A stretch of DNA of 63,508 bases, counting the filler, from Collodictyon triciliatum (lineage: Eukaryota): assembly GCA_043381765.1 (NCBI GenBank). It is 8 parts of 8 records of this genome, joined end to end, with 100 filler letters (N's around TTAATTAATTAA, not from the genome) between each part and the next. Parts side by side here need not be neighbours in the genome. Positions count along the whole stretch, not along the records: positions 1 to 8,622 come from JBHJMP010003352.1; positions 8,723 to 17,433 come from JBHJMP010003353.1; positions 17,534 to 26,152 come from JBHJMP010003354.1; 5 more parts are not named here. One strand, written 5' to 3'. The stretch's first letter is position 1. Each line of letters begins with the position of its first letter. The position numbers and the translations under genes are program-made. The notes beneath the pieces were generated by a model that saw nothing but the letters and a program-made list of their open reading frames with translations, was not told where the DNA came from and did not search any database. Positions 1 through 17,693 of this stretch are shown one piece after another.

Positions 1-95
<95 letters not shown>

Positions 96-99
96 TAGA

Positions 100-2087
100 C
101 CGTCCGCTTCCACCTTTGAATTCACAGAGTTTGAAGCGAATCGGCGAAGCTTGCTGGATTCTATTTTAATTTTGAGGGGAGTAATAGAGCATAAAGTGTA
201 TTTTCTCCATAAAATGAAAACATATGCATCATCAAGCAATGAATATGGAGAAAAAATGACCAAAAGTTTGCTTTAAACGTGATAAGGCCTACTCGGATAG
301 AAAAAAAAGACGCACAATTGGATATATTTGTATATATTCATACTTCCTGAATACATCTTCAAGATGGAACAATCGGGAGAGAGTGGTTTTCCTGACAGTG
401 TATATCCATCACCCGATAATGCAACCTAAAAGCAAACGCGAGGCAGGGCGCATGTTAGAAATATTCATGTACCAAATAGAAATTACGTGAAGTGAGGCAC
501 ACAATTTGTTGAATAATAAACTATATCCATGCAACCTTCTTTGGAAGAGGCAGACCCATGCAATAAAGCCGTACAAAGTGCTTCTGAGCATAACTACGAA
601 TAGAACGTGGGTCGCGCGTTTTGACATGGGCTTCAATTTTTCGCCAATCACGCCCGTACAGTTCTAACGCCTCTTTGAATGCAACCTCCTCCGATTCCAT
701 CCACGTACCATGATTGAAACCATCATCATCGGATTTCTGATTAATGCCCTCGCTGCTTACTGGGATTACTTTCTTTTCAGCGGAGCCTTTGTTTTCGACC
801 TTGTGGCCGTCATTTTGTTTAGCTTCTTTTGATACGTGTTTCTCATCTGTTTCTATTGCTCCTTCAAGACGAATGGCATCCGCGTCTGCCGTATCTTTTT
901 CTTCTGATGATTTGTGCAGCCTCTTTGAATCCACTTCGGTTGTCTGATTTGAAACATGTGATGTGGTTGACCTTTGCGAACGCTTCCGAGAGGTGCTTGA
1001 TGTAGTAGGTTTTTCTTCACCTATCTCTGGAATTATAACCACATGCGCAGAATCTTCAGTTGTATGAGGCTGAAGAGAGTGTACTTCAAGACCAGTTTTT
1101 GCGGAAGGTTGCTGGATATTCTTTGAGTTTGTTCTAGTGGGTTGTTTAGGGGTAACTTTCTTTTTGGCCTTTCTTTTGGCCTTCTTTTCAGAAGAGTAAT
1201 CTTCGTCATCGTCCTCGGATGCATCAAATTGGTACGCGAAGGATGAGTAAAGATATGGATTCGGTCCTTCCTCGGCAGCCTGGAGTGCTCGAGCTAATAG
1301 TTCGTCTTCACTTAGACCTGGTGGAATGATGAAACAAAATATAAAGGAACTTAGAATCGCTTCAGCATCTCAAAAATTTTTTACTTAAAAGTATAACGAG
1401 CGGATAGAATATTTCTGAGAAAATTATAACATTACTAGCGCTCATTCCACGTGTTTGTTAATGCAGGTGCGATCTATAAGTATGTATATGCGTTGATGAG
1501 CTATGAGTTCCCTATTTTCATAGATCGATGCGTATGGATGCACACGTTAGTTTTAAAACGCAGACAGGACTGATGTGATGTTGAGTAGATGTGATGAAAG
1601 CTGTGATTGGCATTTGATCGAGTATGGTGGTATGGTATGGTCGATTCATCTCTCATATTTCGTATATAGCTTTAATTAGGATGGAAAAAAAATGAAACAT
1701 CCACTTGTGTGGATCTTACATAAAAATCGATGAGAAAAGAATAGCGGGACATATTAGATTATTCATGAAAAAGATGTCTTGGGAATTTGCTTCGGCTTGT
1801 TTTCATACTCCATTGCAGGTCTTCCTAATGCTGTTTATGCATCACGTACCTTTTTTGTCTTGTCTTGTTTCGTCTTTGTTTTCCAATATGCGATCCCCTT
1901 GTCTTTGCACACAATCGCAATATTTGTTAATCAAGCCAGGTGCTAACGAAGGCCTCTGACAAAGGTTTGTCTTCAACTGGAGCGATGCAAGGAGGCTTGA
2001 AGAATCCAAAGGAAACGGATGCGATCTGACGGTTTGTAGTGATGGAGCCGCCAAATCTGCTGGTGGAATCCCTCCGATCTTGGCTAC
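100..2087 (-). CDS. Myb/SANT-domain protein, MYSM1-like; multi-exon, 3' end runs off the window and the true start is not resolved
   Basis: The large exon at about 535-1317 encodes HGTWMESEEVAFKEALELYGRDWRKIEAHVKTRDPRSIRSYAQKHF, a SHAQKYF-class Myb repeat. The next exon (about 344-426) reads VALSGDGYTLSGKPLSPD, resembling the segment that follows the Myb repeat in MYSM1-like proteins. Junctions are GT-AG. The exon at about 1849-2087 is tentative. SWIRM and MPN domains are not seen in the window. Confidence 0.65.
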
Positions 2088-3365
2088 CTATGGCGATGAT
2101 TGGTGAACAAGATTTGAGCATCGATAGCAACACGGGTTGGGAAGATCACATCAGCCGAAGCACACGAATCGTTCTGTTCCTATCGGCTGATGTCGGTCTG
2201 TGCACGTTCTACTCCTTCGCCCAACCATCAAAGGATTTACAGAAAGAAAGAAAACGAAGCATGCTGCAGCAAAGCGCGATTGGTGAGATTTGAATGGAGG
2301 AAGAAGAAAGAAAAAACAGACAGTAGAGAAGAGGAAAGGAACGAAGCACAGGACTAATCCAAAGGTGTGATGAACTCATAAAAAAAAAAGCAGCGATAAA
2401 AAAAAAAAACAACAACCAAGGCTGGATAATAGCGACGCAGGCAACACACAATCAAGTTTTATGCACAGCCTTTGTTTTGGATGAATGGGCAGCCGTGCTG
2501 CGGATTGAGGCGATGCTGACGGCCTTCCATCCTGAACTCTTTCGATTCATTTCTCTCTGGTGCGGCTCCATCGCATTCAGAGTCAAAATCGACACCAGAA
2601 CCAAAAATCAAACAACCAAGCAAAAAATACACAACAGAAAACAAAGCTCGCTGCCAGAACAAATGAAAAAGAAAAAGAGAAAGAGAAAGAGAAAGAGAAA
2701 GAGAAAGAGAAAGAGAAAGAAAAAGAAAAAGAGTTAGGCTTCTACCCCTTTATTACTTTTCGCTTTTCTCCTTCTCCCACATCGTGCCAATCACATCAAT
2801 AGAAGCATTCCTCTTTCTTTATTTCTTTGCTCGTTTATGTTATTCTGTCATCGCAACATTGATTTGATACTCTTTTCCAACCGCTCACAAAAGAGCAGCA
2901 CGGGATCAACAAGCGTGAGAAAAGAGACCTTCTGATCAAGCAGTCTTTTCCATGCACCGTATGATGAGCCTGTGAAATCACATGCGACGGGCTTGAGCGC
3001 AGCAACAGGGCGGCCGAGAGTGCACATGTGTATATGAGCGTTGCAGTCTTTTTTTTTTTCCTTCTACTTTTTTTAATCAGAATCAAGCTGGATAAGTCGC
3101 GAATGCTCCTCGGCGCTGCTGCAGCACGCGATGAACCAGCAACCCTTATATCCTTCATATTTTTTTATCTTTCTTTTCACGCTTCATCCACACCCCAAAT
3201 CCCCCACAGCAAACAGCATGTCGATTTTCCTTCAAGCCTTTTCCGCACAGAAGGTGTACGCTCCACAACCCTCATCAAAGCGCAGATGCAAATCCAGTGG
3301 ATTCCTTATTTTCATGACCTTTGCAAAGTGCTACGTTCACAGCCGATCGAGAACAAACAAACAAA

Positions 3366-3446
<81 letters not shown>

Positions 3447-4075
3447 GCCAGCCTGATCATATTGAGCGATTAGCTATCCGCACGGAGATGATATAGCAAT
3501 TATGAAAATGATGGTTGTGATGATGATTGTGATGTGGTGTTGAAAGAGGCCAATCACAAGCAACTCTGGATTTTACATCATTCCAGTCCCTGCCAATCCC
3601 TGTAAAACCCAAACTCTCTCGAGTCGTCCTCATTTGCTTTGTGGGTGTCGCTCTGAAGGGTCGTTGTTTTTTGGTGACTGCTTGACAGGCGGGAGAATCG
3701 TGAACGCATTCCGGATTGGCACGCGGCCGCCAGTGTGGCGGATTCTGTCCGAGGGCGCTGTGTGGTAGTGAAGCGCTTTGGCTAAATCACAACGTCTGGC
3801 TTTTGCATTTTCCTCCCTTTTTTTTTTTTATTTTATTTATTTTGTGTTTACACGTTTATCTTGCAACAGGCAGGCAAGTGATGCAGGCCAGGCGAGTCTC
3901 TGAGAAGATGATAGTTACCCTTTCTTTTACTGTGGGCAAAGACTCGCCCACTTCCTTAGAGATTATGTGAGCATGTGTGTGCATTTTTGGGCGTGTGGTT
4001 GCTAGCAAATCGTTTTTTTTTTATCTGTTCACGGGACTGAGTCGTCCATCTCCGTGTCATTAACTAGTGGATACA

Positions 4076-8462
<4,387 letters not shown>

Positions 8463-8666
8463 CTGCGTTAGAATAATAGGTCTTTGCTTGTTTTTTTGTT
8501 TTTGTTTTTGTTTTTGTTTTTGTTTTTGTTTTTGTTTTTGTTTTTGTTTTTGTTTTTGTTTTTGTTTTTGTTTTTGTTTTTGTTTTTGTTTTTGTTTTTG
8601 TTTTTTATTTGATGTAAAAGCANNNNNNNNNNNNNNNNNNNNNNNNNNNNNNNNNNNNNNNNNNNN

Positions 8667-8678
8667 TTAATTAATTAA
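8667..8678. other. Artificial six-frame-stop contig linker TTAATTAATTAA between N runs; also at 17478, 26197, 34915, 43631, 51236 and 59948
   Basis: The same 12-mer is embedded in N runs seven times, mostly about 8.7 kb apart. This is consistent with size-sorted scaffolds concatenated into a pseudomolecule. Confidence 0.97.
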
Positions 8679-8722
8679 NNNNNNNNNNNNNNNNNNNNNN
8701 NNNNNNNNNNNNNNNNNNNNNN

Positions 8723-8801
<79 letters not shown>

Positions 8802-9299
8802 TTCCGAAGCTATATGAAATCTCATCAAATATATGTCCTTACGAAGCAAATACAATAATGCAATAAAATGTTTAAAATGGATGAAAATACACATGACAAT
8901 TAATAAAGGTTGATATCGTGCTCTATAGGTGAGTAGCCCTAAATTTCCTTGTAAATGCGAGAAGAAACCTTTTATGTGCTTCCTTTTGTTGATGGGCACT
9001 ATTCGAAGTTGTAGCTATCAAAACACTACTTCGAGATAATCTGTCGATCTCGCGATTATTTTTTTTCCTTTATTCGGTTCACAGTATCAACCTCATCATT
9101 ATAATATTGGCACCCAGGATTTTATAACCAATAATTTGGCATACTCGAAGACGACGAGTTGTATCAATTCATTAAATAAAATAAAATCATATACAGCTTC
9201 AAATATTCAATACCTCCGAGAACTAAAAGAGGAATCTCAAATAACAATCGGATACTCTCAATTGCTATTACATATGGATATTTCATTCCATTTTATGAC

Positions 9300-10900
9300 A
9301 AGCAGCTTAAGTTCTAGTAGTATAATGTGCTTGATTATCGATTATTTTTTACCTCAATAGGTGTTGTTGTCACAAGTAAGCAAGAGATTTTCAGAGGTTG
9401 ATTTTCATCTTCTTTTTTTACGTTCGGATATTGTCGATTAAATTACGGAAAACTATTAAAATATATAAACAGTGATATTTTTTTTGTCAGGCTATCGAAT
9501 GAAAATAGGATAATTGTATAACTTAAAAAGGTACTTACTGTCACATTTACGCTAATACTTGATTCTAAACCAGGCAACCAATCCACAGAACACGAGGTGT
9601 GCTTGTACATTTGAAAGATGGGCATCCAGATTTATAAATCCCAGCAGCGAGCTTTTTATGGAGTATAATTTTAGATATTTGACTAACTAAGGCTATATAT
9701 GAAAAGATAAAAAAAAATAAAGAGGCAGCCAGCCTTAATCAAAAATTAGTAGGCATAAACACTCCGGTAATCCCCTTATTTTATCACTCGACTTTCCTTC
9801 CAATTCAGCGTTAGTGAGATATACATTTTTCAATTCGAAAGAAAAAGGCTTCAAAATAGAGATATTGAATCAAAATTAATGCAAAGATTAATTATAAAAA
9901 TACGAACTGCTTTTAAGGATATGATCTAAAAAAATTGTTGCTCACAAGGAGAGATATAACCCAGATGCAACCAAACAATTATACGGTCAAATAGGAGAGT
10001 TCGCGCATCCATAAACATATGATTTCTTTTCATTAATATGGGCTTTTATCAGATCGTGAACATCAAAGCCATGATGAAAAGGGACGTTATCTGGCTTTAA
10101 TATTCTGCATTTGGATAGGAATTTGTTTTAAAGGTGAGTTTTGGTATATTCATCTATAGCAGGAAGTTGGGAATAAAGTCAAAGCAACATTCAATTTTAA
10201 TTGATAAAGGCATCCAAATTTATATACATGCTTCCTGTGTAAACTCTTTTATGAAACAGAAGATGTATATAAGGTAAGAGTAATCCTAACTTAAGTTACT
10301 TCAAATTTTCTTGACTCTAATCGATAACCTATTTCTCCATGGAATATTTGAGCGTCCAATCATAGATACTATTTCTATTGGTTGGAATATTCAATCATAA
10401 TATTCCATGTCCATATGGAATCTATGATAGTAATATGTTTCTTAGAGTATAAAATCATTCTTGAAAAAACATGCATGACTGTAGTATTAGAAAGGGAAAA
10501 AGCGTTGTGCATTTTAGTGCATAATGTGATTGTATACTTCACGCAATTTTTCGATATGCACTCGCATAATTGAAATCAGATATGGTATATAATATGAGAT
10601 TTTCGGATTCGAGACAATAAAAAATGGAACGTTACCAAACCCCGGGCAAGTTCGAGTAAATTTAGAATAGCACGTTTCGTGGGCAATAAACTATCTAAAG
10701 AGAATTAGATTAAGTATCAAACTCTTAATTGCTGCTGTTTAAGATGTTTGGGTGAAAAATTAGGGTGCATGGTGCCAGATATGCCTTTAAGTTTTGGATT
10801 GAATGGGAGTTAATATACAAGTTGGTGACTTTTCTGGCAACTTTGACCATCTTTTAAACAGACTTGTTGTAAGTCTTGTTTATTTTAGGAAACAAGCAAT
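9300..10900 (-). mobile_element. Possible highly decayed non-LTR retrotransposon fragment (post-RT / C-terminal region)
   Basis: This AT-rich block has no recognisable host gene but carries broken protein-like stretches on the minus strand, such as KMVKVARKVTNLYI, LDSLLPTKRAILNLLEL and IDEYTKTHL*NKFLSKCRILKPDNVPF. They are interrupted by stops and frameshifts, with no splice-joined exon pattern. No diagnostic motif is intact. Confidence 0.25.
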
Positions 10901-11190
10901 TAGTATAATAAAGGAACTAACCTAGGGTGTCATGAAGTTTTTTCCCTTTATTCGATTCAAAGTGCAACGAGGTTAAATAGTTCATGTAGTTATAAAAGCA
11001 TAAGAAAAATTTAAAAAACGAACAGAAACTCCAAACAGAATAACACTGCCATCAAGGTCATCGACCATGAAAATCCTGTGTTTCGTTCAACATAAATGAT
11101 TGCATATGAAAATTCTATTTTATTCAAACAGAATGTTATTTACTATGTTTATAGATACGACTCTTCGATTGCTTTGAACCCAGCACCCTC

Positions 11191-11289
<99 letters not shown>

Positions 11290-11299
11290 NNNNNNNNNN

Positions 11300-11348
<49 letters not shown>

Positions 11349-11695
11349 TATGCAAATACGAGCGAATTTTAAAAATAGGTAGAAATTGACGAAATCTTTC
11401 CTTCTTATTGCGGCCCGGTTCTATCACGAAGAGAAGCACCATGCAGCGAAAAAATGCACAACCCAAACGAATCCCTTGAACATTTCGATAGGCCAACATA
11501 AAGCCGAAAAACCATTTATATAAATTACAATAAAGATGGTATATATTTTACAACCACTCATGAAGGCAAGAAGGGATTTTGTAGCGCAGTTGGCCATCAT
11601 ACCCGCTTGTCATGCGGGAGGGCTTCAGTTGTAACATGGGCAACCTCACTCTTTTTTCAGTATCATCTCGCCGCATCCTTTTTCTTTTTTTCTTA

Positions 11696-11819
11696 CTGGT
11701 TTCTTCTTATTGGTTTCTTCTTATTGGTTTCTTCTTATTGGTTTCTTCTTATTGGTTTCTTCTTATTGGTTTCTTCTTATTGGTTTCTTCTTATTGGTTT
11801 CTTCTTATTGGTTTCTTCT
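11696..11819. repeat. 14-bp tandem minisatellite (GGTTTCTTCTTATT)n, about 9 copies
   Basis: Directly visible near-perfect tandem array. Confidence 0.95.
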
Positions 11820-12187
11820 GTCATTTACCTTCTTGCTTCTGCTCCCGCGTGATTCCATCTTCTCTTTGAAATCCGTGTGTAGAAGTCACTCTAGTTTGAC
11901 CCCTCATGTCCAAACATTCCCTCAATTTTTAGCTTCTATTCAAATTCGCACAACCTCAAATATTATACATATGTACTATTGAATATGCCTGTTCAATCCT
12001 TACATCGCTTTGAAGTAGGCAGCATGCCCATAATCATGCTCGCTTTTGAGTATTATTTCGGGGGTATTGATCTATTTTCGGCATCCGAATCCTTTAACGA
12101 CCAGTATTTACTCAAACAAAATTCGTCGCATCTGATGTACTTATTTCATATTCCCTGTATAAGAAAAATTGATGATGATTGCAGTTT

Positions 12188-12244
12188 ATCTCTTGTGCCT
12201 CCTATTTTGAATCGAATAAAGGAAAAAAATCTCTTGTGACTCCT
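12188..12244 (+). mobile_element. Family A micro-retroposon copy with target-site duplication
   Basis: ATCTCTTGTGCCTCCT - ATTTTGAATCGAATAAAGGAAAAAA - ATCTCTTGTGACTCCT: a 16-bp direct repeat with 1 mismatch. Confidence 0.8.
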
Positions 12245-13462
12245 GACTTAAGTTGTTGCTCTACGTTGATTTGGCTGTAAAATACATATTTGAGAGCTTT
12301 TACGATTTGCACGTATCAACCGTACCCTTACCTTCGAAATATAAAAACATCGGGACTAGAATTAACCGATATTACAAACACAAATCGAAAGTTCATGATG
12401 TTAGTCAGGTTCCAAATGTTGAATGACAGCATTCGTATGTTTTGTGTTATGGGTTGGTGTTAGGGTTTAGCTGGGTTGGGAAAAATTGACGATTTTGTAT
12501 TGTTGCAGTTGTTTGAGTTTTCCCATTATGACATCCAGTAGAACAACAGGATTTAATGCTCTCAGGCTGTTATAATTAATCTCCATATTGCTTTTGTGAG
12601 GTTTGCTATGATGGTTATTCATGTAGTGGAAGTCAGTGATAGTGACAAAAAGAGGAAAGACTATATATCGGCAATAGAATTATACCGTTCTATCGGCTCA
12701 AAGTCCCAGGACAAAGGAATCTTTATGACGCCGCCAATACCGAGAGAATAACCTGATGGTGAATACGGACATAAGGTGATTAAACAAGCGGGATGATCAA
12801 GCAACCTCTACACCAAACCAAACCGTGAGCGGAGTGATTGATGCAATCTGGTAGCTTGAATATTGAAGACTACGAATATTTATTGGAGGCGCTTCAGTTC
12901 ACAAGCACCGATATGCATAAGGGAGCGAGAGTCAAGCATAGGTGTAGATGGACTGGGAGGCGATTTATCAGGCAATTTACCAGTATTTGTTTCGAATCAT
13001 CTCATGTTGTATTTTATGCTCTTTTCCAGCGTTGATTCGTGTGTGTATCTTCTTGTCTCTCATGTTTTTTTTTTGAAGAGTTCTTGAAAGGAGGTTGGCT
13101 CGTTAGCACAACCACCACTGACATAAATTATGCTGTCGAGCCAACCTAACGGATGTTCATGGCAACCAGAATGCGCTCTGCACAATGTGTACTCCACTCG
13201 ACAGGCCTCCTGCCTTCGTGAACACGTGACGACCCCAACCAAGTAAGTATACACAACGGATGTCAGATTGGTTACCTTGCTTCACCTCTTCTCATTGTTT
13301 ATATAGCCCCACATCCTTTTGCATGCTTTGTGTTGCGGGTCCAGAAGTGTCTCCGTAGAAAAGAAACATTCAGCTTCGAGAAAAATCACATTGAATAAAG
13401 AGCAGTGCCAGATAGCATCAATCAAGGGGCTACACATGGTCGAGGCATCAGCCGCTATCATC

Positions 13463-13590
13463 AACCTTGGTGGCATCTTCGGCCACCAAGTAGCGCCCAT
13501 GCAAACGATGGCTAGCGAACCAAAGCCAACATCTTCACCATCCTGCACAAAATTGAAAGGAAGAATAAAAAAAAACCTTGGTGGCATCTT
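13463..13590 (+). mobile_element. Family B short retroposon (SINE/LINE 3' end) with a perfect 17-bp TSD
   Basis: AACCTTGGTGGCATCTT flanks a 94-bp insert ending TCCTGCACAAAATTGAAAGGAAGAATAAAAAAA. Homologous copies begin at 41815 and 62474. Confidence 0.88.
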
Positions 13591-13833
13591 GTTCAAATAC
13601 ATGCTAATATAGGAAAGTGAGAGAATAGACACGGCTCGAGTGGGGTGCCTTGAAATCTCACTGACCTTATATACAAGGTATCCACACTCTTTACTATATC
13701 ACAAATGTATGATAAAAAGGAGAACAGGGGGAAAAAGGGTGCACAAAGGGATGGCAGGCAGTGTGAGCTGTATAAGCTCTTGGAAAGTGACCAGAGGCAA
13801 ATAATAACTGTATTCATATTCTCTCTATCCTAT

Positions 13834-13889
13834 ATAAACATCACAAGCTATTTTTTTCATTTATTCGATTCATAAACATCACGAGCTAT
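13834..13889 (-). mobile_element. Family A micro-retroposon copy with TSD
   Basis: ATAAACATCACAAGCTAT - TTTTTTCATTTATTCGATTC - ATAAACATCACGAGCTAT: an 18-bp direct repeat with 1 mismatch around a 20-bp insert. Confidence 0.8.
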
Positions 13890-13970
13890 ATTCACGAAAA
13901 GGATGGACAAGATGTGTGTAGAGTCACAGATACAGATTGTGCTGTGATTAGTCTGAGAGTGAAACACGCT

Positions 13971-14023
13971 GGAAAGTAGTTGATGTTTTTTTTTCCCCTT
14001 TATTCGAAGGAAACTAGTTTATG
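13971..14023 (-). mobile_element. Family A micro-retroposon copy with a diverged TSD
   Basis: GGAAAGTAGTTGATG - TTTTTTTTTCCCCTTTATTCGAA - GGAAACTAGTTTATG: a 15-bp direct repeat with 2 mismatches. Confidence 0.7.
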
Positions 14024-14499
14024 ATGGCGGACAAGCGCTGGATTCTTTCGGTGGGTAATATGTATGTATTGGAAGTGGTAAATCTAAGGGTGTGTGTGAT
14101 ATTACAGGATTCTTAAGGATATGAGCTATTGACACCTGACACCAGAGGAGAGGAGGTTATTCTCTGTCTTGAACATTTATCCAAGAAAGCGCATTACATA
14201 AGGGTTCCTCATACCCAATGGATTAGTTTTTTACACCGATTGGCCATCAGGACCCCAAGTTCGGCTCAAAAGATAAGCAATAACGCGAAATGGATTCTTG
14301 AAACGGAAAAAACACCAACAATTTCGGATGAGGAGAACAGTTAGAAATGAAGAAAAATGGGGTTTGAAACTCAGCAAAGGAAAACAATGCAAGAATATGG
14401 AGAAGAAAAACAGAATCTTACAAATATCCCCACGAAGATAAACAGTTTATCACTAAATACTTCTTTTTCATCTGCCTGGTCACTGAGACGCTAGGGAAT

Positions 14500-15200
14500 A
14501 ATTGAGAGAAGCATCCAGTTTCATAAAATTGTACCAATTTTTAGGTGGTATGTGGGTCGCTAAATATGAACTTAAAGGAAGTATGGAATCTCTCTCGTTC
14601 TTTGCATCGAGTAAAATCACGAAGCACTACACCATACGCCGAGCATCGGACGGAGTAATCGGCTCCATATTCGAAAAAAAAAAATACCAGGCCTTTCGAC
14701 AAGAATGACATGTGGTGGTATGTTTAAGAAATCTTCGCAGAAGAAATGAGCTTGGTGATTATTTTTTTATTACTTCATCCGATTCAAAGTGGTGTAAGGT
14801 TATGCCATAAAAGGAGCTTGAAGATAAATTCGTTGTGTTGGGATATATCAAAAGCATTTTATCCGTATGATTCAATCTTCTGCATCATATGTCACAGGGC
14901 TGGCTGGCTTCAGATACATCCCATCTTATCGCTGTAGTTTTTAGAATGGTGTTGAAAGCTTGGGATATGTAACTTCAGACATAAAATATATAATCAACAG
15001 GAGATACAGACAAGGAAGTGTAGTCTGTTAAACATGAAAGTAGATGGTTTGCGATTCCTTTCGAAACAACATGGACGCAAGTCCGCAAACACACCAACAT
15101 CAACCATCTCTGTAACGAAATGAAACAATGCTGAAAGGGCGGGGCACATTTAAGATAACTGCAGTAGCTAGTGGAGACACAGGGCTCAAAAGCAAGGCGA
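14500..15200 (+). mobile_element. Decayed non-LTR (LINE-like) reverse transcriptase remnant
   Basis: Remnants of RT motifs appear in the expected order and roughly the expected spacing across frameshifts: YQAFRQ at about 14685 (compare QxGFR), DISKAF at about 14843 (compare DxxKAFD), RQGSVV at about 15008 (compare GxRQGxxLSP) and ITAVASGD at about 15155 (compare LAYADD, degenerate). Confidence 0.5.
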
Positions 15201-15310
15201 GCTATTCATATCGAAAAGAACGAAAGAAAAATAAAAAAAGAAAACGTGGTGCCTGCGGTGCAGAAGAGGAAAGCAAAAGATTCAGCAAAAGAATAAGCAA
15301 AAGGATAAAT

Positions 15311-15383
15311 TGCTCACAGCAGGGATCGAACCTACGACCTTGGCGTTATTAGCACCACGCTCTACCAACTAAGCTATGCGAGC
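15311..15383 (-). tRNA. tRNA-Ile (anticodon AAT)
   Basis: The reverse complement GCTCGCATAGCTTAGTTGGTAGAGCGTGGTGCTAATAACGCCAAGGTCGTAGGTTCGATCCCTGCTGTGAGCA folds as a cloverleaf, with anticodon loop CTAATAA and T-loop GTTCGAT. Confidence 0.96.
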
Positions 15384-16641
15384 TCCTTCGTAGTTTCTGA
15401 TTACGGTTATATGTATATATATCATTAATATCCTCCGCTGCGTAGTTTTCCCTTGTTGTTTTTGCCCCTTAGAACACATCTAATACATATCCTCCAATTT
15501 TCTAATCACATTTTGGACTGATTAAAAATATATAACCATAATATAAAAGCTTCTGGCATCTATTCCTATATCACTGCCCCATACCAAACTTAACAACCAG
15601 CGGCGATGAAGGATGCTCCATTCGGTTTTCTTTTTTATGCTTATTATTAGATTATGTATTTATCTCACCGCTTACATATAATTTTTATTTGGATATGAAA
15701 ACATCAAGAGCCTCAATTTTTTCTTCGATAGCAACCCCAATACAGCAACCCAACCCCGAATCATAATGCCCATTTACTTGCACTCTAAATGCTGGACATT
15801 TCGTTTGTTCGCCGCGACGTTGTATACCACAATTTTATTCAAGTTGATTTAATCATCTTCATCAGAGAAGGAAATGCTGTGATTCCAACCCTGTGTTGCT
15901 TCGCGGGATATCATATATTTTTTATAACCAGCATGAACATATTGCACAAATGATGTACACCATTACGAATACCCAATTATCATATATTCCACCCATGATT
16001 GTGATTTTAGAAAAATAAGAAAATTATGAGAATTTAAGCTCCATCATTATGGTAGAGCTCATCACTTTTGTGTGGAATGAGAGGAAACATCCACCACACT
16101 TTACATTGTCGATTCTGTAATTTTAGACCATGATAAGAATGCCTGCGAACTGAATGACCTTCTACTGCGGAGCGGAAATCTCATATAATTCAGATTTTAA
16201 TGGAAAGGGGTATACACATTAAAATTTAATGCTGATTATTATTTTCAATAGGCAAACTTATCATTTTTACTTATGGAATGCATTCCGCGCGGTGGGACTT
16301 GTTTCGGATAGTCGGTGCAGAGAAAAGTAATTTTTGTTTGTTGACTTAATTATAATGTATTTTACTATTGTATTTGTAGAATTGAATATTTTTGGGGCGT
16401 GGAAAGTAATGCCAGATATAGATGAGGACGATTACATACACCTCATCACAAAATCGGCAGGTGGGAAAGCGGCAAGCTTTGATTGTTTGTGATTGCCAAT
16501 TACCCTTTTTTGGACTTCCTGCTGTGAAAGACTACCAGAACTACAAGTATGGAATATATAATTATGATTATTTTTGCTATAATTGTCAACAAAAACACAT
16601 AAAAAGCAATATTGCATATAAGTTAGATACCATATGATTAA

Positions 16642-17433
<792 letters not shown>

Positions 17434-17693
17434 NNNNNNNNNNNNNNNNNNNNNNNNNNNNNNNNNNNNNNNNNNNNTTAATTAATTAANNNNNNNNNNN
17501 NNNNNNNNNNNNNNNNNNNNNNNNNNNNNNNNNTCTCTTCTCTCTTCTCTCTTCTCTCTTCTCTCTTCTCTCTTCTCTCTTCTCTCTTCTCTCTTCTCTC
17601 TTCTCTCTTCTCTCTTCTCTCTTCTCTCTTTCTTTCGCATCTCTTAAAAGCATACATATCCTCTAGGAAACCCGACCTCTCGAGAGCAGACAT

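Noticed and set aside
3028-3496. Poly-Lys/poly-Phe ORFs here and at 7262-7609, 43323-43638 and 44315-44572
   Set aside because: They arise from poly(A) and A-rich microsatellites lacking stop codons, in intronic or intergenic positions.
3890-4000. U5 snRNA-like reading on the + strand (stem-loop with TTCTTTTAC and a downstream ATTTTTGG Sm-like site)
   Set aside because: The loop lacks the invariant GCCUUUUAC, and the inner stem pairs poorly on this strand.
11696-11819. Regular direct repeats resembling a CRISPR array
   Set aside because: The units are contiguous with no unique spacers, there are no cas genes, and the context is eukaryotic.
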